Source of the DNA: Octopus bimaculoides
Lineage: Eukaryota
Direction: 5' to 3'
NCBI RefSeq assembly: GCF_001194135.2
Contig: NC_068985.1
Span: 86,289,257 to 86,325,941 of the forward strand
DNA length: 36,685 nt
Of the stretch, positions 11,756-23,720 are shown piece after piece. Below the pieces are notes generated by a model, which was given only the letters and a program-made list of their open reading frames with translations, was not told the origin of the DNA and made no database searches. The translations under genes and the position numbers were made by a program. The stretch's first letter is position 1; every line of letters starts with the position of its first letter.

Positions 11756-12055
11756 GTTGCTGATGATGATGCTTTTCATGTTAACATTCACCTTGCAATG
11801 GGTATTGAATGGGCTGAAAGATCAATAGATTGCCAATCTGCAAATATTGTTCCGAGAGACCCTTGCTAGATTGTGGTCTCTCTGTTATGTTTACCTTTCA
11901 ATAAATGTTCACAGTATTAATTTCATTCATCGAATGTCATCAAGTGCAGCTTATTTTATTAACTGATGCCAACACCATTAAACCACTTCGCTCATGCTTG
12001 TTTAAGTTCCTTACAAGTAAAATACGGTTGATATATATTTGGTATATATATATAT

Positions 12056-12118
<63 letters not shown>

Positions 12119-12374
12119 NNNNNNNNNNNNNNNNNNNNTATATGTCCAATGTCTTGTGCTCATATTGGCTGGACAGATCACGGTTTGAGTTACTGTCCTA
12201 GACAGGTTATATATATTTATATATAACGTTGACCACTAACGTGGACATTCAATGTGCTAGAAATAGATCACATCTTGTGTCTATTAAGACCTAAATTGTT
12301 CTCAACATGAAATATAGTGGAATACCAAAACGTAAGAGGGCAAGACATTTAAAATTACCGAAAAAAATCATTAT

Positions 12375-12436
12375 TAAACAGGGACCGGTTTCAAAATTAA
12401 CAATCTTACCGACTGTCTATTTCTCTTCAGCTGATG
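12375..12436 (-). ncRNA. Minimal type I hammerhead ribozyme motif in a Penelope-like terminal fragment
   Basis: Minus strand reads CTGAAGA (12430-12424), a 13-bp helix II with GGTAA loop (12423-12393), then GAAA-CCGG-TC (12392-12383). Helix I is weak. Confidence 0.6.
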
Positions 12437-12637
12437 ATTTTTTACCCTATTTTTTAATATATATANNNNNNNNNNNNNNNNNNNNNNNNNNNNNNNNNNN
12501 NNNNNNNNNNNNNNNNNNNNNNNNNNNNNNNNNNNNNNNNNNNNNNNNNNNNNNNNNNNNNNNNNNNNNNNNNNNNNNNNNNNNNNNNNNNNNNNNNNNT
12601 ATATATATATATATATATATATGTATATGTATAAATA

Positions 12638-13049
12638 CCATCATCATCGTTTAGCATCTGCTTTCCATGCTGGCATAGTTTGGACGGTTTGACTGAGGAC
12701 TGGCAAGATGTGAGCTGTACCAGGCTCCAATCTGATCTGGCAAGATTTATACAGCTGGATGCCCTTCCTAACTCCGACCACTCTGAGAGTGTAGTGAGTG
12801 CTTTTTACGTGTCATCAGCACGAGGGCCAGTCAGACGGTACTGGCATTGACCATGCTTGAATGGTGCCTTTTACATGCCACCGGCACGGGACCGAGTCAG
12901 GCGGCACTGGCAGTGAAGGGAGTTTTTTTACATGCCACCAGCACGGGACCAATCAGATGGCACTAGTAATGACCATGTTTGTATGGTGCATGTTACGTGT
13001 CACCAGCATGGGTGCCTGTCACTTGACTGAACAGGTCTTCTCAAGCACA
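12638..13049 (-). mobile_element. RTE-tailed short element, family B, with 4 internal ~57-66 bp units
   Basis: Homologous along its length to 23721-24208 and to the reverse complement of 34043-34317. Confidence 0.85.
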
Positions 13050-13337
13050 GTGTGTGTGTGTGTGTGTGTGTGTGTATGTATGATGTATGTATGTATGTAT
13101 GCATATTATGCTGAGTTCAGTCATATGTGTGCTTGTGTATGTAAGAGTGTGTGTATATGCTTACTATTATGAATGGATGTTGGATAGAGTCACTATATTT
13201 CAAAGTGGACTTAGCTTTTCAATAAATGGAGATTGCTAAAATACCAAACAAAATAGATACAGTGATTGAAATGATTGACTAAATCAGTAAATGAATGGAA
13301 TTATATATATATCATTCCATGAAACTTCAGATAATGT

Positions 13338-13470
13338 TATCTATCTATATGTCTGTCTGTCTATCTATCTTCATGAAACGATCATCTATCTATCTATTTA
13401 TCTAACTATCTATCTATCTCTCTGTCTGTCTGTTTGTCTATTTATTTATTTATTTGTATGTATGTATGAG
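13338..13470. repeat. Compound tetranucleotide microsatellite (TCTA/TCTG/TTTA/TATG)
   Basis: Direct reading. Confidence 0.85.
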
Positions 13471-13877
13471 AGCTGAAAGTTTTGTGAAAGCACACAACAA
13501 CAATTTGAAAAACTTACAGCCTTTGAGTCACTGATGTAGCTTCTCAACTTTAATCTATACACATTCTCCTCTAATTTCTTGAGATCTATTTTTTCAGCTT
13601 GTATAAATAATTACATATATATGTATATTTGTATGTATATATCTATATATGTGTGTGTGTGTGTATGTGTGTATATATATATACATACACACACACACTC
13701 ACACAAATATATATATGTATGCATAAACATTCACACACATACACATTTATATAGATATGTAATATATGCAAGTTTTCCACTTGTCTTATGATAGTGACTT
13801 TAATCACATTAAATTAAATTATATCACGCTTCAATTTCAAATATTCCATATTATTAGAAACAACTTAAATTCAATAT

Positions 13878-14215
13878 AATTAATCTCTGTAATTCCCCTT
13901 TGCTTAAATTACTTAACTAGCTCTCTTTAATTATTTTAGTTAATTCGATATGAGCAACGTGATGGAGAAATGGTGTATAAACACGTTTTTGTTACATGTG
14001 AACACTCACCACACAACGCAGATACAGGATGTCGTCCTGAANNNNNNNNNNAATTAATCTCTGTAATTCCCCTTTGCTTAAATTACTTAACTAGCTCTCT
14101 TTAATTATTTTAGTTAATTCGATATGAGCAACGTGATGGAGAAATGGTGTATAAACACGTTTTTGTTACATGTGAACACTCACCACACAACGCAGATACA
14201 GGATGTCGTCCTGAA
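13878..14215. repeat. Exact 164-bp direct duplication around a 10-N gap (likely assembly artefact)
   Basis: 13878-14041 is identical to 14052-14215. Confidence 0.9.
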
Positions 14216-14584
14216 CATGACTAATTAACATACTTGTATATATACATACTTGTATATATACATACATACATATAGTTACAAGCATGCATACACATGCACA
14301 CATTAACATTTGTTTTCATGTGAAGTTATATATAAAGACAATTTCACAGTAAACTGAAGGATTGCTCAATAACTTTCTTTGTAGAATAAATATTTATTGA
14401 TTTTTACATGGAAAAATTTGAGAGTGATTTTGAAATTTGAACTTTCTCACAACAGAAGATCATCATCGGATTGTCTGATGATGGTACAGAAAGTCATTGT
14501 CAATCTTTTCCTTCTAAAAGTATATATGTATGTACAATTATACATGCATATACACACACATATATATATATAAACCACTGTTGT

Positions 14585-14910
14585 CATCATCACCATCATC
14601 ATTGGTTATGACAATGAGGGTTCCAGCTGATCTGCTCAATGGAACAGCCTACTCATGAAATTAACGTGCAAGTGGTTGAGTACTCCATAGACATGCATAC
14701 CATTAATGTAGTTCTCATGAAGAAATAGCATGACACAATTTGACAAGGCTGGCTCCATTGAATTACAGGTACAACTCATTTTGCCAGCTGAGTGGAGTGA
14801 GCAATGTGAAATAAAGTGTCTTGTTCAAGGATATAACATGCTGTCAGGAATTGAACCCGTGACCTTACAATCTTGAGCCAAATACCCTAACCAAAAAGCC
14901 ATGCACTTTC
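14585..14910 (-). mobile_element. tRNA-derived SINE, family D
   Basis: Minus strand shows A-box-like TGGCTTTTTGGTTAG, B-box GGTTCAATTCC (14857-14847), then TCCTTGAACAAGACACTT; ends in a (GAT)-like tail. Confidence 0.75.
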
Positions 14911-15948
14911 ACCATATACAAACAAACAGGGAAATGTATCAATAACTTTGTTGTGAAGACCTGGTGAAATATTGTGTTACAGACCTAGTCAACCCATTAT
15001 GCTAAGTAAGGAAGAAAGAGAACAAGGATACCATGCTGAATTACACTAAATGTCTTGTTATTTGTTGTTATATGAAGGGATTCAATATGATTATGGTAAA
15101 CCATCAAAACTAGTCATCAGTTTCCATTCAATTGTGTTCTTCTACATCGCAGAATCATTCTGCTTCTGTTATCACCCACTTGGCTGTCAGAAACGTGGAA
15201 AAGCTGTGATTCATTGGCTTTTCCCAGGGTACAGCACAGATCCAACGATGACACAACAATACTGAATTCTTCAGCCAAAATGTCAAAATTTCATCCACTT
15301 AACTATTGTGATTTTTCAAGTATTTGCTCAAAGATTATAAATAAAGTCTGATAAATATATTTTTATGACATAGAATGATCAAGCATTGATGAAAAGTTTC
15401 CAGAAGGAATGGTAATTCTCAAATGAGAATTCCTTTGGAATATTTCATTTTGTTTGCTTAACTTCAAATTTCTTGGCAGCTGTATTACTAATTTCCAGTC
15501 GTTTCTAATCTTATATTTTTTTCAATTTTGGTATAAATCACATGGAACCTAACTTCTTAGTATGAAACTACCTTATGCTAAGTTGCAAGTATGTCTCTTA
15601 TAACTTAGAATACAAGAACATCCCTGAAGATATGTTTAATGTATTTACTTAATGTGATTTCAATTGTGTATAGCGATTTAATTTATGCCTGGCCAGCTTC
15701 CACACAAATCAGTGAATGTTGCTTTTTGCTTATTTCTATAATAGGAATGAAGATATGAACTTGGCTTAGAATTCCTGGTGGTGTGTCTCACTGAGGATGC
15801 CAAATCAAGCCAAAACATTTATATCTGGTGACCTACTGATGTCATTCTAAGTGAGATTTTGGTTTTGAAACACACAAAGCTTCTTGAGAGAAATTTTCCA
15901 GAGATAGAATATCTCATCAAGCACAGTAGAATGGTGCTAGTATTATTA

Positions 15949-15985
<37 letters not shown>

Positions 15986-16357
15986 NNNNNNNNNNNNNNN
16001 NNNNNNNNNNNNNNNNNNNNNNNNNNNNNNNNNNNNNNNNNNNNNNNNNNNNNNNNNNNNNNNNNNNNNNNNNNNNNNNNNNNNNNNNNNNNNNNNNNNN
16101 NNNNNNNNNNNNNNNNNNNNNNNNNNNNNNNNNNNNNNNNNNNNNNNNNNNTATATACACGGCAATAAGAAAATGGAGGGGATCAAGAGGTGGTATTCAT
16201 CTACTTTTAGACATTATGTCTATTTATTTATTTAAAAAAACAAAACAATTATAATAATATACATACATGTATAACAGATTATGCTTTACATATATAAAAA
16301 TACCAGGAATTATTAAAATATATAACATAGAACAACGATGATGATGATATATAACTA

Positions 16358-16463
16358 CACACACATATACATATGTATATATACACACACACACATATAC
16401 ATATGTATATATATATACACACACATATACATATGTATATATATATACACACACATACATATG

Positions 16464-16535
<72 letters not shown>
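16358..16535. repeat. Higher-order microsatellite (about 4 units of (CA)n-TATACATATGTA-(TA)n) running into (AT)n
   Basis: Direct reading. Confidence 0.85.
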
Positions 16536-17624
16536 NNNNNNNNNNNNNNNNNNNNNNNNNNNNNNNNNNNNNNNNNNNNNNNNNNNNNNNNNNNNNNNNN
16601 NNNNNNNNNNNNNNNNNNNNNNNNNNNNNNNNNNNNNNNNNNNNNNNNNNNNNNNNNNNNNNNNNNNNNNNNNNNNNNNNNNNNNNNNNNNNNNNNNNNN
16701 NNNNNNNNNNNNNNNNNNNNNNNNNNNNNNNNNNNNNNNNNNNNNNNNNNNNNNNNNNNNNNNNNNNNNNNNNNNNNNNNNNNNNNNNNNNNNNNNNNNN
16801 NNNNNNNNNNNNNNNNNNNNNNNNNNNNNNNNNNNNNNNNNNNNNNNNNNNNNNNNNNNNNNNNNNNNNNNNNNNNNNNNNNNNNNNNNNNNNNNNNNNN
16901 NNNNNNNNNNNNNNNNNNNNNNNNNNNNNNNNNNNNNNNNNNNNNNNNNNNNNNNNNNNNNNNNNNNNNCCTCACTCTCCCTTAAAAAGTCTAAAAGTCA
17001 TAAGTGAAATGTAATGAAGATGAAATTGGATTCTGTTAATATTTTTGCATATTCGGAATCTTTGTTAAAGGTAGGAATCCGAAAAAAAATTTTCACAAAA
17101 TCCGTTTTTCAAAGGGGTGCGATTCTGCATTAGCCCCTATACCTATTGGTTGAGCTGAATCAAATTGAAATGATTTAATTAAGAAAACACATTTAGTTAC
17201 GTTATATGGCCATGCTTTAAGATCGTTACGGCCTGGAATACAAGTCGGGTGTTTTATCATGTTACTTGTCAATCCCGGGAAAATTATTGATACTCAAGCA
17301 GACTGTTCTGAGACTTACTGAACTCCGTATATTAAAAGACTACGTCTCACGCACACACATTGAAAATACACGCATATACATGAATACACACACAATGAAA
17401 GACAGTAAAAATTCCCTCAAAACTGTTGTGGCAGAAGTCAACATCTCTGAGATTGAAACAAGACATTTACGGCCGTAAATAGACTACACCCAACAGCACA
17501 GAAAGGAAAACCTATGTAGGTTAGGCGTGACGAAGAAGTCGAACCGTTTCTCTTGCCAAACAATACTGATGCAAGATGGTCGAACCTTACGTTAAAATGT
17601 TATTTACCTAATTTCTAAATTAAT

Positions 17625-18594
17625 TCAATTCTTCGATCTTTCTGGGCAAATATATCTCATATTTTCATAGAAATTTTCTCTTTTCATCAATTGTTGTAAT
17701 AAATCTTTTACAATTGACATTAGTGCTAACCCAGACAGTCTTCTTTCTCCTGTCGCATTTCTTTGGTATGTTTTGATTCTACTTAATGCAGAAAAGGATC
17801 GCTCTACAAAAGCAGTGGTAGACGGAATTGTCAAAATCAACTTGCACAGATCGAAGAGTTCTGGCATAGCTTCAACAAGGTCACTGTTGTAAATGTAACT
17901 CATTAAATGACTTAACTTCGCTTTTTAAAAATCTTTCATTGAATACGTCACATTGAGCTCACTTTGTAATCGAATTACATCAAAAAATCTGCCATAAGTG
18001 ATTTTTAAAGAATCTAGTGTCCACAGGAAATTGTTTGCAATATTCATCAACTTTGTTGCAATTCAAAAGTTCCTTCAATTTAAACTCTTCTAAGGATGAA
18101 TATCGTGCTTTTATTTGGTCAACTACTGTACTGATAATTTTGTTACAATGCATTCTAATAATGTCGTTGAGGCTCAATAGATATATTTTTGGATCTCTGA
18201 ATTCCGATTCCTGCATCGACTTCATATTTTCCCCCTAACATATCATAAAAGATTGAAAAATTATCAAGTTTGTTTTCGAGTACAGTTCTAGTTTTATCTA
18301 TTTGCTCTTTACAATACACTATGTCATGACTTTTACTCTGGATATTAAATAAGACGTCAGTAAAAGAAAAAAAATGTCACTGAATACTTCTAACAAAAAT
18401 AAGAAATCGCTGGTTTGACAGACCAGTGAAGATAGAAGCTGTATCTAGACGACTTTCCATTTTTTTGTCATATTTACTGATTAAATATACGAGTTCTTTG
18501 GTCACCCACCGTTTATAATTAATTGTTTTCCATCGAAGTCTCTCTTCGAAAAACTATTTCTCAAAATATCGTTTATAACACACATTTCACTCAT
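17625..18594 (-). mobile_element. Internally deleted hAT-superfamily transposase (ZMYM1-like/DUF4371 type), pseudogenised
   Basis: C-terminal LILTIPSTTAFVERSFSALSRIKTYQRNATGERRLSGLALMSI is the hAT dimerisation motif. Upstream segments are FLFLLEVFSDIF, KELVYLISKYDKKMESRLDTASIFTGLSN and the N-terminal MSEMCVINDILRNSFSKRDF. TIRs were not located. Confidence 0.85.
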
Positions 18595-18623
18595 TTCGAA
18601 AAAAGTAACACACGTATAAACAT

Positions 18624-18764
18624 CTGCATAAATTGTAAGTAAATTTCAAAAAAAGAAAGAAAAAAACGGAAAAATAACGTTACTCAAATTAAATATTTTT
18701 GTTTTCAGAACACTCCATAAATATAATAGTGCAAACATGTTTTGGATAAAAAATTCAAACTTAC
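18624..18764 (-). other. Putative 141-nt GT-AG intron in the 5' leader of the hAT transposase gene
   Basis: Minus strand reads ATGGCG|GTAAGT ... long pyrimidine tract ... TATGCAG|ATG. Confidence 0.5.
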
Positions 18765-18988
18765 CGCCATGCTGTTCCAAGAATTATGACTAATTATAGC
18801 AGTTCTTGAGAACTGCTCTACTTCCAGTCAAAATTTAGAACCAGCTAACAAAGAGATAGAAAGGTAGGGTCATGCTATTATCACCACGCATGACTTCCTA
18901 TGATAAATTTGTGGAATCACTGACATAGAGAGGAAGGGGGTACAAAATATATATGCTATCGATCTTGGCATATCTTTTGACAGGTCAC

Positions 18989-18990
<2 letters not shown>

Positions 18991-19043
<53 letters not shown>
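18991..19043. repeat. (GA)n microsatellite
   Basis: Direct reading. Confidence 0.95.
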
Positions 19044-19044
<1 letters not shown>

Positions 19045-19759
19045 GAAGGAAGGACAAACTAACATAGATAGGGAGTTAGGGAGTGTCTATATGCAGGATC
19101 CTCAATGCATGCCTTCTGAAAGCAAAAGTACTAGTCACTGAGAGAGGGGGAGGGGAGACAGAATATTTCGAAAACAACTGGATGGATTTTCCTTCGCAAG
19201 AAAGTAACTATTTTATCTAATTTTCCGATNNNNNNNNNNNNNNNNNNNNNNNNNNNNNNNNNNNNNNNNNNNNNNNNNNNNNNNNNNNNNNNNNNNNNNN
19301 NNNNNNNNNNNNNNNNNNNNNNNNNNNNNNNNNNNNNNNNNNNNNNNNNNNNNNNNNNNNNNNNNNNNNNNNNNNNNNNNNNNNNNNNNNNNNNNNNNNA
19401 TATATATGCATGTATATATATATGCATGTATGTGTGTGTGTGTGTGTGTAAGGTGTTCTTATGAAACAGTAATATTCAAATATTTTTTCCTGCTTTCTTT
19501 ATTTTTCATTGAACGAAAAAATTCATTTATTAACACTTTGATCTGTGGCAGATCTGCAATGAATTTTAACAAAAAAAAAAAAAAAAGAGAGAAAGAAAAA
19601 AGAAAAGCAAGGGAACCACAACAAAAACACTGAAAAACAACAATAAAAAGCAATAAGAAAGAAAGTAAGAAAGTTAATAGATTGAAAGGGCAGCAACATC
19701 CATAGAATATGAAAGCCAAAGAAACCTGTTAGAAAGATGTAAACACATTAGATAGGAAA

Positions 19760-21110
19760 TGCCAAAAACTGTTCGTGGTATCTTGAAGGCTTTGATTTAT
19801 GTTAGGCTTCCATGATCTTGCTCATCTCTGCCAATGGAGTCTGATTTGGTAGTAAAAGATACTTTCATTCTGAAGCTCTATTGCAGAGAAGTTACACCAC
19901 CAAACTTCTTCTACATCCGTAAGTTCACAATGTGTTGTTGTTTGGAAGGAATTTTTAAGTAAATTTTCCTTGGATATTGAACATGGATATCGGCCTGATG
20001 ATGGCAGGGCCTTGTCTTCTTTCTTTCTAAGGCCTTACTGTTTGCTGGGTTATCTTTCAGGCCTTTCAGTTCTCACTTTGGCTTCCTTATCTTGAATTTC
20101 TACTCTGAGTCTTTGAATAATCTAGCTATAAGAAGTAGATCATCAGTATATAGGAGTCCCCACAAGCACCTGGTCTGTTTTATGGTTTGAAGCACTCAGC
20201 AGAAGTGGGTTAAGGACTGAGCCCTGTCTGACTCCAACTGCTACACTCGCTGCCATACTTGATGCTTTAGTCTTATTGACTGCATCGCAGTATTTGCTTT
20301 GCAACCCGTTGTATCATTGCTATGTCTCCTGCAGTTGTACCACTTAGAGGAATTGATAACACCTCTTCCAGATACAAACCTAAACTTCATTCCTCTCGGC
20401 TAATTCTGTTCCTAATAAATTGTACCATAACTTTTACAACCCAATCCATCACTTTGATGATCCTGAAATGTCCCCTTTCTCTCGTGTGTTTCCCTTTGCT
20501 CTTATAAAAGCTGATGAAGATACTGTTTGACTATGGCCAATGGGGTTTGTTGAAAAGCTGTGGGCCCTTGCATCCTTTTCTATGACAATATAGTGTCTGT
20601 ACTCTAGATGGAGTAACTGCGACCTTTGACCCTGTGTTGTGACATTCCATTCAGAGAGTAGTGTAGCTTCTAACTTCAAAGTTGTGTATATCCATGTGTG
20701 TATATTCTATGTCTTCACTCTAGATCCTTGGTTCTTTTCTTCTCTTTTGGTAGCTTATCTTTTGGCATAACAGTATCGGATTATCTAGAGCTCCACTGTT
20801 AGTTTGATGCCATGAGGTGACCATAATCGGCAGCAGTAGTCCAGGCAACTGAGTTCTCTATGGAACCAATTTGGTCTCCTTTTGCTGGTTGTGAATGATC
20901 TCAGCATTCAATCCACCAGTCATTTGCACATTATTGCTATCTTTGTGATATACACACAGAACAATGCATCATTACTCGTATGGATTTCCAGAATAATCTC
21001 TGATTGTGACGCTGGGTTTACAATAGCCATAGCTGCTGTGTTTTCTGATTACATACATCTACACACACACACAATGTTCAAAATTGATATGTGGAAAACT
21101 TTGTCCTGAT
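19760..21110 (-). mobile_element. Decayed RTE-clade LINE ORF2 fragment (endonuclease C-terminus to RT)
   Basis: Minus strand gives IIKVMDWVVKVMVQFIRNRI, FVSGRG, GVRQGSVLNPLL (20235-20200) and LLYTDDLLLIA (YTDD at 20150-20139), with many stops and frameshifts. Confidence 0.8.
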
Positions 21111-21394
21111 TTCTTTGTCTGCTTGAACCGACATGTGTGATGTATGTTTATTCTTTCTCCGAGTGAATAACAACACAGCTAGAAGAGGACACCTGCTCTT
21201 GCTCGTAAGGATACTCTGAAATTTGTATGTTTGCTGACTGGACCCAAGAGAAGTGACCCCTTATTGGGGCACTTAATTGTGTTTTCTTTCCTTTTATTCT
21301 GGTGTTGTCATTTTTGCTTCCTCATAATCACATTTATTCAAATCTTTACAGACATATTTAGCAAAATTATTTCTTGTGAAGTCACCTCCTCTGT

Positions 21395-21551
<157 letters not shown>

Positions 21552-21982
21552 CAAACAAATGAACTGACAATGTTACAGAGAAACATAAAATCAAACACAC
21601 AACTTTGCCCATTTAAAAATTCCTCACAGGAATGAACTCACAGACACACACACACTTCTTCATGCAATAAATATATAATTACACACAAACACACATAGAA
21701 ACACATTTAAAGAACCTAGATATGCATAAAGCAATCCACAAGGCACAACCACACACACTCCGATACACGCAAACTGTTTAACACGAAAGTATTCCTATAT
21801 ACACATATAGAAACTGATATACATACTCACACACAGGCACCTACATAATCAGGTACATATACATATGTATATTCAAACACGTAATACACACATATATACA
21901 CAGACATGTTAACATACAAACACGCGCAGACAAAAAAATAAACACATTCACCAGAAACACAATTACAAACAATGACGCACAA

Positions 21983-22028
<46 letters not shown>

Positions 22029-23720
22029 NNNNNNNNNNNNNNNNNNNNNNNNNNNNNNNNNNNNNNNNNNNNNNNNNNNNNNNNNNNNNNNNNNNNNNNN
22101 NNNNNNNNNNNNNNNNNNNNNNNNNNNNNNNNNNNNNNNNNNNNNNNNNNNNNNNNNNNNNNNNNNNNNNNNNNNNNNNNNNNNNNNNNNNNNNNNNNNN
22201 NNNNNNNNNNNNNNNNNNNNNNNNNNNNNNNNNNNNNNNNNNNNNNNNNNNNNNNNNNNNNNNNNNNNNNNNNNNNNNNNNNNNNNNNNNNNNNNNNNNN
22301 NNNNNNNNNNNNNNNNNNNNNNNNNNNNNNNNNNNNNNNNNNNNNNNNNNNNNNNNNNNNNNNNNNNNNNNNNNNNNNNNNNNNNNNNNNNNNNNNNNNN
22401 NNNNNNNNNNNNNNNNNNNNNNNNNNNNNNNNNNNNNNNNNNNNNNNNNNNNNNNNNNNNNNNNNNNNNNNNNNNNNNNNNNNNNNNNNNNNNNNNNNNN
22501 NNNNNNNNNNNNNNNNNNNNNNNNNNNNNNNNNNNNNNNNNNNNNNNNNNNNNNNNNNNNNNNNNNNNNNNNNNNNNNNNNNNNNNNNNNNNNNNNNNNN
22601 NNNNNNNNNNNNNNNNNNNNNNNNNNNNNNNNNNNNNNNNNNNNNNNNNNNNNNNNNNNNNNNNNNNNNNNNNNNNNNNNNNNNNNNNNNNNNNNNNNNN
22701 NNNNNNNNNNNNNNNNNNNNNNNNNNNNNNNNNNNNNNNNNNNNNNNNNNNNNNNNNNNNNNNNNNNNNNNNNNNNNNNNNNNNNNNNNNNNNNNNNNNN
22801 NNNNNNNNNNNNNNNNNNNNNNNNNTTTACCGTTTTCTTTCTTTTCTGATTTTACTTGATAACGAACAACTGCCTGAAACGTCAAAAACTCTGTTTTTTT
22901 TTCTTTTCTTATTTCTCCCTTTTGCCATTCAGCTATAGGAAGCAGCAGAGAAAACTTACACATTTTACTTGCTCATTGTGTGGAACTAGTAAAATTAAGC
23001 AGATGGTTGTGGTGTCTTTATGAAGTTCACTTTTTATTGTTTCTTTTCTCACTTCCTGTCATGTTTTCCAATGGTGTACTTGGTGTGTGTGTGTGTTGGC
23101 TGTTAAAACATTGACCAAGACTGGTTAATCTGAGGGTATTTTTTGTCACACTCTCACACTTTGTACACGTAATATCTTCATCATTTATGTCCGTTTTCCA
23201 AGCTGGCATGGATTGGGCATTCATTCATGTTAATTTATTTTGTTGCTTAATTTTGTATGCAATAATATTTTACTCTGAGTTCAAGTCCTTGCTATCAGTC
23301 ATTTCTAACTTCCCCCAGTTTCATGATCATAAACATTCCACCTTATCATAAACCATAGAGGGAGGAAAAGAAATTATTCAGAAATAGTTTAATATTCATA
23401 CATATTGTACACTTAAATACTAACTCATCATATGGTGTCTATGAATATTGACTAATAGGTATATACTGGCATTAATAAAGGAGTATCGAGGTAAAAGAAT
23501 ATTCTAATTATATATTAGTAAAATTATATTCTAAGGAGTTTTTTTATATATGTAGTAAATATATCAGGATAGTTTTATATACGCTAAGTATAAATTAAAA
23601 GCGATACAAAGATTTGCTTGATTTATTTTTGAATAAATAAAAGTTAGTTGCATAAAACGATTGTACGGCATTACCTCAGGACATCCTTGTTGCTTATTTT
23701 GATTATATATATATATATAT

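Noticed and set aside
15153-15228. IILLLLSPTWLSETW resembling a TIR-domain segment
   Set aside because: Too short, key residues differ, and no supporting exons
18900-18930. Possible hAT TIR (CAGTGATTCC on the minus strand)
   Set aside because: No matching inverted copy found at the other end (it could be hidden in the gap or lost)
22860-22900. GAAACGTC motif suggestive of a PLE hammerhead
   Set aside because: No CUGANGA or helix II upstream
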